33,492 bases of DNA from an uncultured Muribaculaceae bacterium (GTDB lineage: Bacteria > Bacillota_I > Bacilli_A > RF39 > UBA660), in the NCBI GenBank assembly GCA_964634785.1, contig CAZWKF010000002.1, positions 1 through 33,492 on the forward strand, written 5' to 3'. Made by a program: the position numbers and the translations under genes. Below the pieces are notes generated by a model. It was not told the origin of the DNA. It worked only from the letters and a program-made list of their open reading frames with translations, and did no database searches. Shown piece by piece: positions 26,652 to 33,492 of this stretch. Within the stretch, counting starts at the first letter, position 1, and every line of letters starts with the position of its first letter.

Positions 26652-26704
26652 CCAACAAAATCTATGAATTTCATAGACTTTGTTGGAAGTTAAAATTAAC
26701 TTCC
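26652..26704 (-). terminator. Two tandem stem-loops (partial terminator/attenuator) between the small-subunit gene and the 968-aa gene
   Basis: ggaagttaa-aa-ttaacttcc (26685-26704, perfect). ccaacaaaatctatgaa / ttcatagactttgttgg (26652-26686, one G-U pair). Only a short U-tract follows on the minus strand, then the AGGAGGTG RBS. Confidence 0.55.
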
Positions 26705-26719
26705 ATAACTAAATTGAGA

Positions 26720-27331
26720 TTAGTCAACTTGGTTAACGATAATCTTAGCATCAACAGATACTGTTTTAGCATCAGTAGCAGTTGAAGCAAATGTAGTATC
26801 ATCTACACCATCAGTTACAAATGGCCATTCCCAATCAACTTTGATATCAGCTTCACCGTTACCATTCATATCTAAGTTTTCAGTTGAAGCAACAGTAAAT
26901 TTACCATCAGTAAGTGTAGCAGCAACATCATTTACCTTAAAATTAATTGGTAATCCATTTACCGTAGGAGTAAATTCAGCAACATAAGAAGCTTTAACTT
27001 CAGAATTGTTTTTTAATTTAATAGTAAATGTTCCTTTAGTACCAGGTGCGATAACAGTATTTTTTGTACCATTGTTTGCTACCTCTGTATCCATGCTTCC
27101 ATCAGTTTCTGTAATAGTTTCAAATAAATCAAATTTGAAATCATTTGCAGCAGTTACATAGTTCCCAGCAGCATCACCAATTTCGAATGCCCATTTTGCT
27201 ATTGTAGCAGTACTAGTTTTACCTGTAAATGTACTTGTATATTTAGCGTAAGTTCCACTTACTGAGTAAGCAGTAACAACAACTAACATAACTAATACAG
27301 CTAAGATTGACATCTTTTTATTTTTCATCAT
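26720..27331 (-). CDS. Small secreted TasA/CalY/BsaA-like protein (candidate major fibre subunit)
   Basis: Signal ...VVTAYSVSGTYAKYTSTF, resembling SipW-cognate signals. IAPGTKGTFTIKLKNNS and VDWEWPF...VSVDAKIIVNQ beta-sandwich-like signatures. An ATG at 27331 follows GGAGGTG; the longest ORF starts at 27346. Confidence 0.6.
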   Translation of the reverse strand: MMKNKKMSILAVLVMLVVVTAYSVSGTYAKYTSTFTGKTSTATIAKWAFEIGDAAGNYVTAANDFKFDLFETITETDGSMDTEVANNGTKNTVIAPGTKGTFTIKLKNNSEVKASYVAEFTPTVNGLPINFKVNDVAATLTDGKFTVASTENLDMNGNGEADIKVDWEWPFVTDGVDDTTFASTATDAKTVSVDAKIIVNQVD

Positions 27332-27454
27332 TTTCACCTCCCTCATTGTAAACTTCTTTCATATAGTGCATAAGTCGACACTATGCGTTCGGAAGCATAT
27401 GCTTTTACTTCCTATATATGTAAACAATCTTGCGATTGGTTACACCAATGTTGG

Positions 27455-28138
27455 TTAGTTTTTCTTCTTTGTATTCTTTGCTTTCTTTTCTTTTGATTCC
27501 TTATCCTCAGTTGTTTTTTCTTCTTTTATTTCATTCTTTTGCTTTTCTTCTAATTCTTTTTGTCTTTTATACTCTAAGAATTCAAGCTTTTCTTGATCGA
27601 TTTGTTTTTTATTCGAAACCATGAAAGCTGCGGCGAATACAACTGTAATACCTAAGATGACAATAATTATGGTTGTTGGATTGGCAAGTCCATTAAGAAT
27701 ATTACCAATACTAGGAATACGTGTGACATAAATTCCTTCAACATCACTTAGTTCAACTAAGTTTTGGTCTTGACTTGTATTGTTATCCCCCTTTGTGATG
27801 AAATAATCAACACCTTCACGATTCACGATTTCTATAATACGGTGAGTCGTTACAGTTCCTTCATTATCACGGAAGGCAATAACATCGTCTACCTTTAAAG
27901 TGGTTGGATCGACTATTTTTGTAATAATTAAGTCTCCCACTTTGATTTCTGTTTCCATTGAACCAGAGAGTACGATAAATGGTTTATAGCCAAACACACT
28001 AGGGACTTTGTCTTTATCGGTATTGGCTTGAATCATAATGGAAACGTTTACGGTAAGTATTCCAACAAGAACTGTACAGACAACGACCATTAACCAATTC
28101 GTCCATTTTTTGTACCACTTCTTATTTCCTTTCTTCAT
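27455..28138 (-). CDS. sipW: ER/archaeal-type signal peptidase I (SipW-like), copy A
   Basis: VLSGSMETEI, VTTHRII and TKGDNNTSQD. Extra C-terminal TM helix and a long K/E tail containing EFLEYK. An ATG at 28138 sits 10 nt after GGAG and is preferred to 28147. Confidence 0.85.
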   Translation of the reverse strand: MKKGNKKWYKKWTNWLMVVVCTVLVGILTVNVSIMIQANTDKDKVPSVFGYKPFIVLSGSMETEIKVGDLIITKIVDPTTLKVDDVIAFRDNEGTVTTHRIIEIVNREGVDYFITKGDNNTSQDQNLVELSDVEGIYVTRIPSIGNILNGLANPTTIIIVILGITVVFAAAFMVSNKKQIDQEKLEFLEYKRQKELEEKQKNEIKEEKTTEDKESKEKKAKNTKKKN

Positions 28139-28170
28139 ATCACACATTCTCCTTTTTATTTGTTTTTTTC

Positions 28171-31146
28171 TTAAGAAAGTTGTAACACTTTGTTTGTATT
28201 TGTATCTTTATTTTGACTATCTAAGAATTTTAAGAGTTCCGCATATTCAGCTTCCATCGTTTTCATTTCTTGCGCACGACTCTGTTGATAACTTTGTAAT
28301 TTGCCAATATCATCATTTCTCTCTTCAATAACTGGAGCTGACTCTTCAACTTTCTCTTCAGTTTGCGTTTGAACAACTTCTACAACAACCTCAGTGACTT
28401 TTACTTCTGTAACTTGAGAGACAACTGGTGTTTCTACTGGTACAGGTTCAATATCGTCCTTCACTTCTCCATTACCTAATAATTTTAAGAGCTCTGCATA
28501 TTCGGCTTCCATCGCTTTCATTTCTTGTTCACGATTTTGTTGATAAGCGGCTTGTAATTTACCCATCTCATCAAGTTCTTCTTCCTCTTCTTCGACAACT
28601 TCTTCTACTGCCGATTCTTCAGTGTTCCCTTTTTCTTCTTCTATAACTACAGGTGTTTCTCCTACAGGATCAGTATCTTGTTTTAACTTTTTATCCTTAT
28701 CAGGATCATCACCCATTGGCCATTCTTCATCATGATCATCTGGAAGAATCGCATCTTCTTTTTTATATATGATATCTTGTTTCTCTAATATAACATCAGT
28801 TGTTTCTTCCATTATAATATTTGCTGTTGCAATTTTTGCTTGAGGATTATTGGCTGCAATAAAAGCATCAATATCGGTTTCTGGTAATCCATGTTCTCTT
28901 TCAAATTCATGAATAGCATCTATTTCATCAATACCAAATTCAACAACTTTAGGGCAACCATTTCCATTATTACAACTATATTGTAAACCTAATAACATAT
29001 CTAATATAATCACTGGTTCTGGAGTACTATAAGTATGTTCTTTTGGAACTCTACTAATTTCTACACCATCAATTGATCTAACTTCTTCATAACAATAAGT
29101 TACAAAACGCGGATCATCTTTTCCGATTAAAGGATAAGTTACATCTTCTTCTGGTGTTTCTGTAATAACATGTTCATAATGACAGTTTTCACAAATCTCT
29201 ACACCATCAATTATATCTCCATATTGATGACTTTCTCTATTTGTGTTTGGACATCCTGTAACTAAACATACTTGTTCACAGTAGTTATCATCTACTTTAA
29301 TCCATTCACCAAACTGATCAATATGTGGATAAATATGAACATGGCCACATATTGGATCTACTTCATATTCATATCCATTTTGAACATATGGATCATCATA
29401 TGTACAAGCTTCTTTTGAGCCTTCTTTTACAACAGTAACGACTTCCCCACAAGTACAAGTATATGTCCCTATTTGATAATGTTCTGCACGATCATTTGGC
29501 GTTGATCCTGGAACAGTAACAGTTGTATAGACTAAATCTTCTGGTGCTACATCATGAACATGAACTCTTTCAACTTCTTGTCCACAATCTGGGCAAATAC
29601 CATAGTCTTTACCATCTTTATAAGTCCAGCTTGTTGGTTCACAGTTTACTGGTTTATTTGAAATTACTTTTACATGCTTACAATTTGAACAAACTTGTGT
29701 TATCTTCATTTGATGAGTTTTTCCATCCCCATTTGAAGTAATGGTTACATTTTCTTCTCCATATTCATGTGGTCTCTCACCAAGAACCGTTTGACAATCT
29801 GGACAAATAAGTTGTTCTTTTTCATCATCTTTAGAAATCCATTCAGGTTTCTTATGTTTTTCTCTTGTTTCTTGATATCCACAATCTTTACAATCACGTT
29901 CTTCTGTACAAGCATTTGGATTTTCTGCCCAATTGCCATAACGACAATCTTCACTATCGGTAACTTCTGATTCAAAGATATGATGGCATCCAGAACACTC
30001 TTCTTGTTTATATTTTTTATGTGTTCCATCATCATTACTATGAAAGAGATTCTTAATAAAGCTTAATTTACCATGTTTTCTTGTTTCTTTATAGTTACAA
30101 TTTGGATCTTCACATGTTCTTTCTTCTAAATCATTATTTAAGAACTTCCAATCTCCAAGTTTATGTTCATGGTCTATTTCTTGTGTTATTGTATGTCCAC
30201 AATTCTTACATTTCTTTTGTTTATGAGTATCAGAGATAATTTCCCATTCTCCATATTTATGATCTTGATATTGGATAAGTCCACAACTATCACAAATACC
30301 ATTTTCTTGAGTATCACTGATGGAAACCCATCTTATTGCTGGATGTTCTCTCTTTTCTACTTTACCACTCTTAGAAACTCTTTGTTCATACTTATCATCA
30401 AGTGCTTCCCATCGCCCCCATTCTTCTTTTTCTTCTACTGGTTTTTCTGGTTGAGTAGAAGCATTCGAGTTTGAATTTGATCCATGATTATGACTGTGTT
30501 CTTCGCTTTTCGTTTCTTCTTCTATCTTATCAGTATCTTCATTTGTAATTTCATCTTCATCAATATAAAGACTTCTTAAGATACTTAATAATAATGTATT
30601 TTGAGGAATTGTTCCCTTATATGGAACTAAACTTCCATACATTTCTGGATTTTCATTTGCAAAATGTTCAGCTAATTTCTTACGATAAGCTAAATCATTA
30701 GGATATCCAGCTGTTTCTAAAGCTTTGTTAATTGAATTTCCATCATAATCCTTAATATTTAAAACAGGAATAACTAATGCAGTATCTTCGATAATTGATT
30801 CTTCGTGTTTTGAATTGGAAATACGATTTGGTTTAGGATCATTTTCTGATACTGTAGTTTCTGGATTTTCTTCTGAATCATTCTTTCCTTTTCCAAATTT
30901 TTCTGCTGCAAGTTCAGTTGGATCTACGGTATCAATAATTTCAATTTCTGATGGATTCTTTTCTGGAAGTTCTTCAGGGACTTCGCCAATATGTTCTCCA
31001 TTCTCCCCAGATAAATCATGATTCTTATCATAAACATATCCACATGATGCTCCGGCAGTTGCCAATGCAAGCACTGCAGCTAAGCCACGGATAAGTTTTC
31101 TTTTTCCACTATTATTAGTAGTTTTTGTACTGTTTTCTGTTTCCAT
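28171..31146 (-). CDS. Giant secreted Cys/His-repeat protein with a duplicated C-terminal helical motif
   Basis: Signal/lipobox-like ...LALATAGASCG. About 10 units of [YF]-G-x-W ... C-x2-C ... H between aa ~240-735. E-rich C-terminus with two copies of GKLQ..QEMK.MEAEYAELLK. Confidence 0.6.
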   Translation of the reverse strand: METENSTKTTNNSGKRKLIRGLAAVLALATAGASCGYVYDKNHDLSGENGEHIGEVPEELPEKNPSEIEIIDTVDPTELAAEKFGKGKNDSEENPETTVSENDPKPNRISNSKHEESIIEDTALVIPVLNIKDYDGNSINKALETAGYPNDLAYRKKLAEHFANENPEMYGSLVPYKGTIPQNTLLLSILRSLYIDEDEITNEDTDKIEEETKSEEHSHNHGSNSNSNASTQPEKPVEEKEEWGRWEALDDKYEQRVSKSGKVEKREHPAIRWVSISDTQENGICDSCGLIQYQDHKYGEWEIISDTHKQKKCKNCGHTITQEIDHEHKLGDWKFLNNDLEERTCEDPNCNYKETRKHGKLSFIKNLFHSNDDGTHKKYKQEECSGCHHIFESEVTDSEDCRYGNWAENPNACTEERDCKDCGYQETREKHKKPEWISKDDEKEQLICPDCQTVLGERPHEYGEENVTITSNGDGKTHQMKITQVCSNCKHVKVISNKPVNCEPTSWTYKDGKDYGICPDCGQEVERVHVHDVAPEDLVYTTVTVPGSTPNDRAEHYQIGTYTCTCGEVVTVVKEGSKEACTYDDPYVQNGYEYEVDPICGHVHIYPHIDQFGEWIKVDDNYCEQVCLVTGCPNTNRESHQYGDIIDGVEICENCHYEHVITETPEEDVTYPLIGKDDPRFVTYCYEEVRSIDGVEISRVPKEHTYSTPEPVIILDMLLGLQYSCNNGNGCPKVVEFGIDEIDAIHEFEREHGLPETDIDAFIAANNPQAKIATANIIMEETTDVILEKQDIIYKKEDAILPDDHDEEWPMGDDPDKDKKLKQDTDPVGETPVVIEEEKGNTEESAVEEVVEEEEEELDEMGKLQAAYQQNREQEMKAMEAEYAELLKLLGNGEVKDDIEPVPVETPVVSQVTEVKVTEVVVEVVQTQTEEKVEESAPVIEERNDDIGKLQSYQQSRAQEMKTMEAEYAELLKFLDSQNKDTNTNKVLQLS
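28226..28305 (-). repeat. Coding direct repeat, copy 2 (see 28481-28564)
   Basis: ~85% identical to 28481-28564 by eye, with a 3-nt indel. Encodes GKLQSYQQSRAQEMKTMEAEYAELLKFL. Confidence 0.8.
28481..28564 (-). repeat. Coding direct repeat, copy 1
   Basis: Encodes GKLQAAYQQNREQEMKAMEAEYAELLKLL. Paired with 28226-28305. Confidence 0.8.
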
Positions 31147-31178
31147 AATATCCCCTCTAAAATAAAATTTTGTTTGCT

Positions 31179-31207
31179 ATTATACATACATTTATTCATT
31201 TTGTCAA
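31179..31207 (-). promoter_or_regulatory. Consensus sigma-A promoter of the fibre/adhesin operon
   Basis: Minus strand reads TTGACA (31207-31202), a 17-nt spacer, then TATAAT (31184-31179), ~30 nt upstream of the ATG at 31146. Confidence 0.7.
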
Positions 31208-31255
31208 ATTTTATCAAACTTTCAATAGAGTCTGTTTTCATTATACTATTATTCT

Positions 31256-32470
31256 TTATCTCTTGCAATTCATTTCGTAAGTTTTTCTAAGACAAATTTC
31301 TGAACCAGTATCTCCACTTCGATATTTTTCTAATACCTCTTTATTTGTAATTTTATAATGTCTTATAAACTCTTTTTCTCCTAAGAATAAAGCTCGACTT
31401 GAACAGCTACCGCAAAAATAATAGAATCTCGCTAAAGTTAGTTCTGCACTTTGCATTAAATTTTTAGGATTATTATAAATATAATCTAAACTGTTAGTAA
31501 AGAAAGCTACATATAGTTTCTCATTAATGCTATTTTCACTCATTGTAAAGTAAGCAGGAAAGCGAAGTAATATATCCAGCGCTTTTTTCTCATCATAGTA
31601 ATTTACTAGAATATCTTTTTTCTTTTTTAAAGTTTTATAGTCTATAGCTATAACAACTAGAGAATTTTCCATAGCCGATCTCATCCCATCTTCATCAAAC
31701 CCTAGTTTTTTAAAATTTTTTGAGAATTCATAAAGAACTTGAGGTGAGCAATTTAAACAGTTAGGATTTGCAAAAAGGCTCTTCTTAAATTTGTCTTTAT
31801 CAACTTTTAAAGCATTTGCAATATCAAAAAGGGCAAAAAGGCCATCAAAATTAAAATTTGCTCTTTTTTTCATTTTTATTCTGAGAATGTCTACTAATGG
31901 AATATGATAAGGTGCTATTACCTCTTCAACACTTTGATAGAAATGCTCATCTAATTCCAATATTTTACAGTTATACCCAGCACAAGTAGCAATCTCTTTT
32001 TTACTTAATCCAATTCCCATTAAATAGGAAATAATCTGTTGTACATGATGCGGTTCATCAAAAATAACAGCGACATTTTCATAAAACATTCTTTCAATTC
32101 GTTCTTCTGCTAAGCCTAGTTCTCTTAGTAAGTCTCTGATTCTTTCCATATTTACGCGATAGACCTTATCACTTTCTACTACTCTATCTTTAATGCTCGC
32201 TAACACACTCGGATAACGTTTATAGTAAGTGCTTTGCTTTTTATAAGTCATTGCCTTGGGATAATTAGCAGCTAAATCTCTTATTTGTTCTTTCGTATAG
32301 TTTAAATCTAATAAGTATTGTTCAAAAGTAGGAAAGTTCTCTTTCATTGTATCTAGATCATTTTTTATCGTATTCCATTTTTTAAGAATCATAATAATCT
32401 GCTCGTCACTAAATCCTAATGGCCTAAATAATTGAAAAGCTTTCATTGTCTCAACATTACTTATAAACAT
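31256..32470 (-). CDS. Helical-repeat protein, mTERF-like (paralog 1)
   Basis: Iterated L..LG[FL]s..ei units (PLGFSDEQII, ELGLAEERIE, GIGLSKKEIA, KLGFDEDGMR) and LLRFPAYFTMSENSINEKL. An ATG at 32470 is preferred to the TTG at 32473. Confidence 0.45.
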   Translation of the reverse strand: MFISNVETMKAFQLFRPLGFSDEQIIMILKKWNTIKNDLDTMKENFPTFEQYLLDLNYTKEQIRDLAANYPKAMTYKKQSTYYKRYPSVLASIKDRVVESDKVYRVNMERIRDLLRELGLAEERIERMFYENVAVIFDEPHHVQQIISYLMGIGLSKKEIATCAGYNCKILELDEHFYQSVEEVIAPYHIPLVDILRIKMKKRANFNFDGLFALFDIANALKVDKDKFKKSLFANPNCLNCSPQVLYEFSKNFKKLGFDEDGMRSAMENSLVVIAIDYKTLKKKKDILVNYYDEKKALDILLRFPAYFTMSENSINEKLYVAFFTNSLDYIYNNPKNLMQSAELTLARFYYFCGSCSSRALFLGEKEFIRHYKITNKEVLEKYRSGDTGSEICLRKTYEMNCKR

Positions 32471-32476
32471 CAAAAA

Positions 32477-32530
32477 TACACCCCTTCTTTTTATTGAGGT
32501 GTATTATAGCACAATTTAATAAAATTGCAA
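32477..32530 (-). promoter_or_regulatory. Candidate promoter overlapping a terminator-like hairpin between the two paralogs
   Basis: Minus strand reads TTGCAA, a 16-nt spacer, then TGcTATAAT (32530-32503). This is followed by TACACCTC-loop-GGGGTGTA + TTTTT (32503-32477), which also contains the RBS. Confidence 0.4.
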
Positions 32531-32535
32531 ATTTT

Positions 32536-33492
32536 TTACTTTATAGATTTCACTTTACCTAATCTTTTATGATAGAACTCAATAATCTCTTGATTACTCG
32601 CCCCATACAGTTTTTCAAATTGGTTCTCACCCATAAAAAGAATACGTGGAAAGCAACCATTAAAATAAGCATATCTTGCCAAAGTAAGTTCAGCACTTTG
32701 AATTAAATTTTTAGGATTCTCACAAATAAATTCTAAACTTTCCGTTTTTTTACAAGCCTCTAATTTTGATCGAATGTTTTCTTCACTCATTGTAAAATAA
32801 GCTGGGAATCTTACCATAATCTGCATGGCTTTATCTTCTTCTACATATTCCATCAATATTGATTTTTTAGCTTTCATGACTTCTTCATCTGTAATCATGA
32901 GTTTAATTGACTTTTCAAGCATTTCACGTATTTCTTCATCAGAAAATCCTATCTTATGACATCTTTCTATACATCCATAGCTCACTTCTTCCCCACTACT
33001 AATGACTTCTACATATTGTAAAAATTGTTTTCTAAATTTTGCTTTATTTACATTTAACTTATTTGCTACTTGAAAGACAGCTAAAATATTTTTTAAATTT
33101 AAAGCCCTTTTCTTTCGCATTTGACTTCTTAAAATATCGATAAGCGGAATATGATAAGGCGCAATTATTTCAATGATGTCACGATAATAAAGTTCATCAT
33201 AAACAAGTATTTTATAATTCAAGGTAGCCATCTTTCCTATTTCTTCTTTTGTTAGTCCCAATTGAATAAGGTAATCAATAATTGCTTTCAAATGCTCTGG
33301 ATCATCAAATATAAAAGATATATTCTTATCAAAGAAATACTCCATTTTCTTTTCAGGAATATCTAAATCGACTAATATCTTTCTTATTTCATCCATATTC
33401 ACTCTATATTCATTTACATTATCAACAACAGCATCTCTTATATTATTTAATACTTCTATTCGTTTTTGGCAATAATTTTTAACATCTTTTAC
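32536..33492 (-). CDS. Helical-repeat protein, mTERF-like (paralog 2), 5'-truncated by the window edge
   Basis: The frame stays open from 33402 to 33492 (VKDVKNYCQKRIEVLNNIRDAVVDNVNEYRVN-MDEIRK). This extension aligns with IKDRVVESDKVYRVNMERIRD of paralog 1. Shares IAPYHIPL[IV]DILR, RFPAYFTMSE and NPKNL[MI]QSAELTLAR. Confidence 0.5.
   Translation of the reverse strand, partial: VKDVKNYCQKRIEVLNNIRDAVVDNVNEYRVNMDEIRKILVDLDIPEKKMEYFFDKNISFIFDDPEHLKAIIDYLIQLGLTKEEIGKMATLNYKILVYDELYYRDIIEIIAPYHIPLIDILRSQMRKKRALNLKNILAVFQVANKLNVNKAKFRKQFLQYVEVISSGEEVSYGCIERCHKIGFSDEEIREMLEKSIKLMITDEEVMKAKKSILMEYVEEDKAMQIMVRFPAYFTMSEENIRSKLEACKKTESLEFICENPKNLIQSAELTLARYAYFNGCFPRILFMGENQFEKLYGASNQEIIEFYHKRLGKVKSIK

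Noticed and set aside
27347-27454. Several short overlapping inverted repeats in the leader of the small-subunit gene (ggaag...cttcc, atagtg...cactat, ccaa..ttgg) as a riboswitch or attenuator
   Set aside because: The stems are short (5-6 bp) and mutually exclusive, and such repeats arise readily by chance in AT-rich DNA. I could not define a coherent structure or an internal promoter.
28890-28905. LPETD in the 991-aa protein as a possible sortase (LPXTG) signal
   Set aside because: It is not LPXTG. It is internal, and no hydrophobic segment or basic tail follows. None of the large surface proteins has a C-terminal sorting signal.
31080-31268. 62-aa minus-strand ORF spanning the gap between the mTERF-like gene and the 991-aa gene
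   Set aside because: It overlaps the consensus promoter and the start of the 991-aa CDS in another frame. It has no RBS and no recognisable motif.
1-33492. CRISPR arrays, tRNA/rRNA genes, IS elements, integrases
   Set aside because: No regularly spaced direct repeats with unique spacers were seen. No cloverleaf-like or rRNA-like segments were seen in the short intergenic gaps. No transposase, recombinase or relaxase motifs appear in any long ORF. The only tandem DNA repeats are in-frame coding repeats.
1-33492. Possibility of genetic code 4 (TGA = Trp), given the very AT-rich, Mollicutes-like composition
   Set aside because: Trp is encoded by TGG in conserved motifs such as WEW and GEW. All domain-complete proteins are obtained under code 11. 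The few TGA stops sit at sensible gene ends with coupled downstream starts.

Overview
AT-rich, Bacillota-like sequence. All complete genes except tspO lie on the minus strand. All family calls below are motif-based readings of the ORF translations; no database search was possible.

In transcription order (right to left):
1. Two paralogous helical-repeat (mTERF-like) proteins (31256-33492). The right-hand one runs off the window edge.
2. A seven-gene operon, from a perfect TTGACA-17-TATAAT promoter (31179-31207) to a bidirectional terminator (20442-20475). It encodes two ER/archaeal-type SipW-like signal peptidases. Each is followed by a small TasA/CalY/BsaA-like secreted protein with the shared signal motif T-Y-[AS]-[KR]-Y-[TM]-S. 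It also encodes three very large surface proteins (991, 968 and 669 aa).
3. A cargo block: tspO, ku plus a minimal ATP-dependent ligase, a leaderless GH25 muramidase, a membrane-anchored extracytoplasmic thioredoxin-fold CxxC protein, a frameshifted Fic/Doc gene bracketed by 19-bp direct repeats, a 147-aa unknown, and an unusually long thymidylate-kinase-like protein.
4. A Gram-positive conjugative type IV secretion module (1034-14085): a VirB6-like protein, a PrgI/TcpE-like protein, VirB4 split into two overlapping genes, a degenerate-M23 + glucosaminidase-like hydrolase, an NlpC/P60 hydrolase, small membrane proteins, and a VirD4/TraG coupling protein with a long disordered tail.
5. A ZIP metal transporter and the tail of a convergent gene.

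No relaxase, integrase, transposase, tRNA, rRNA or CRISPR array was seen.

The best candidate for an undescribed system is the duplicated SipW/TasA-like fibre-plus-adhesin operon, which sits co-oriented with the T4SS. It may be a polymerised mating fibre or adhesin apparatus for Gram-positive conjugation. The element also encodes a secreted thiol-disulfide oxidoreductase alongside unusually Cys-rich exported proteins.
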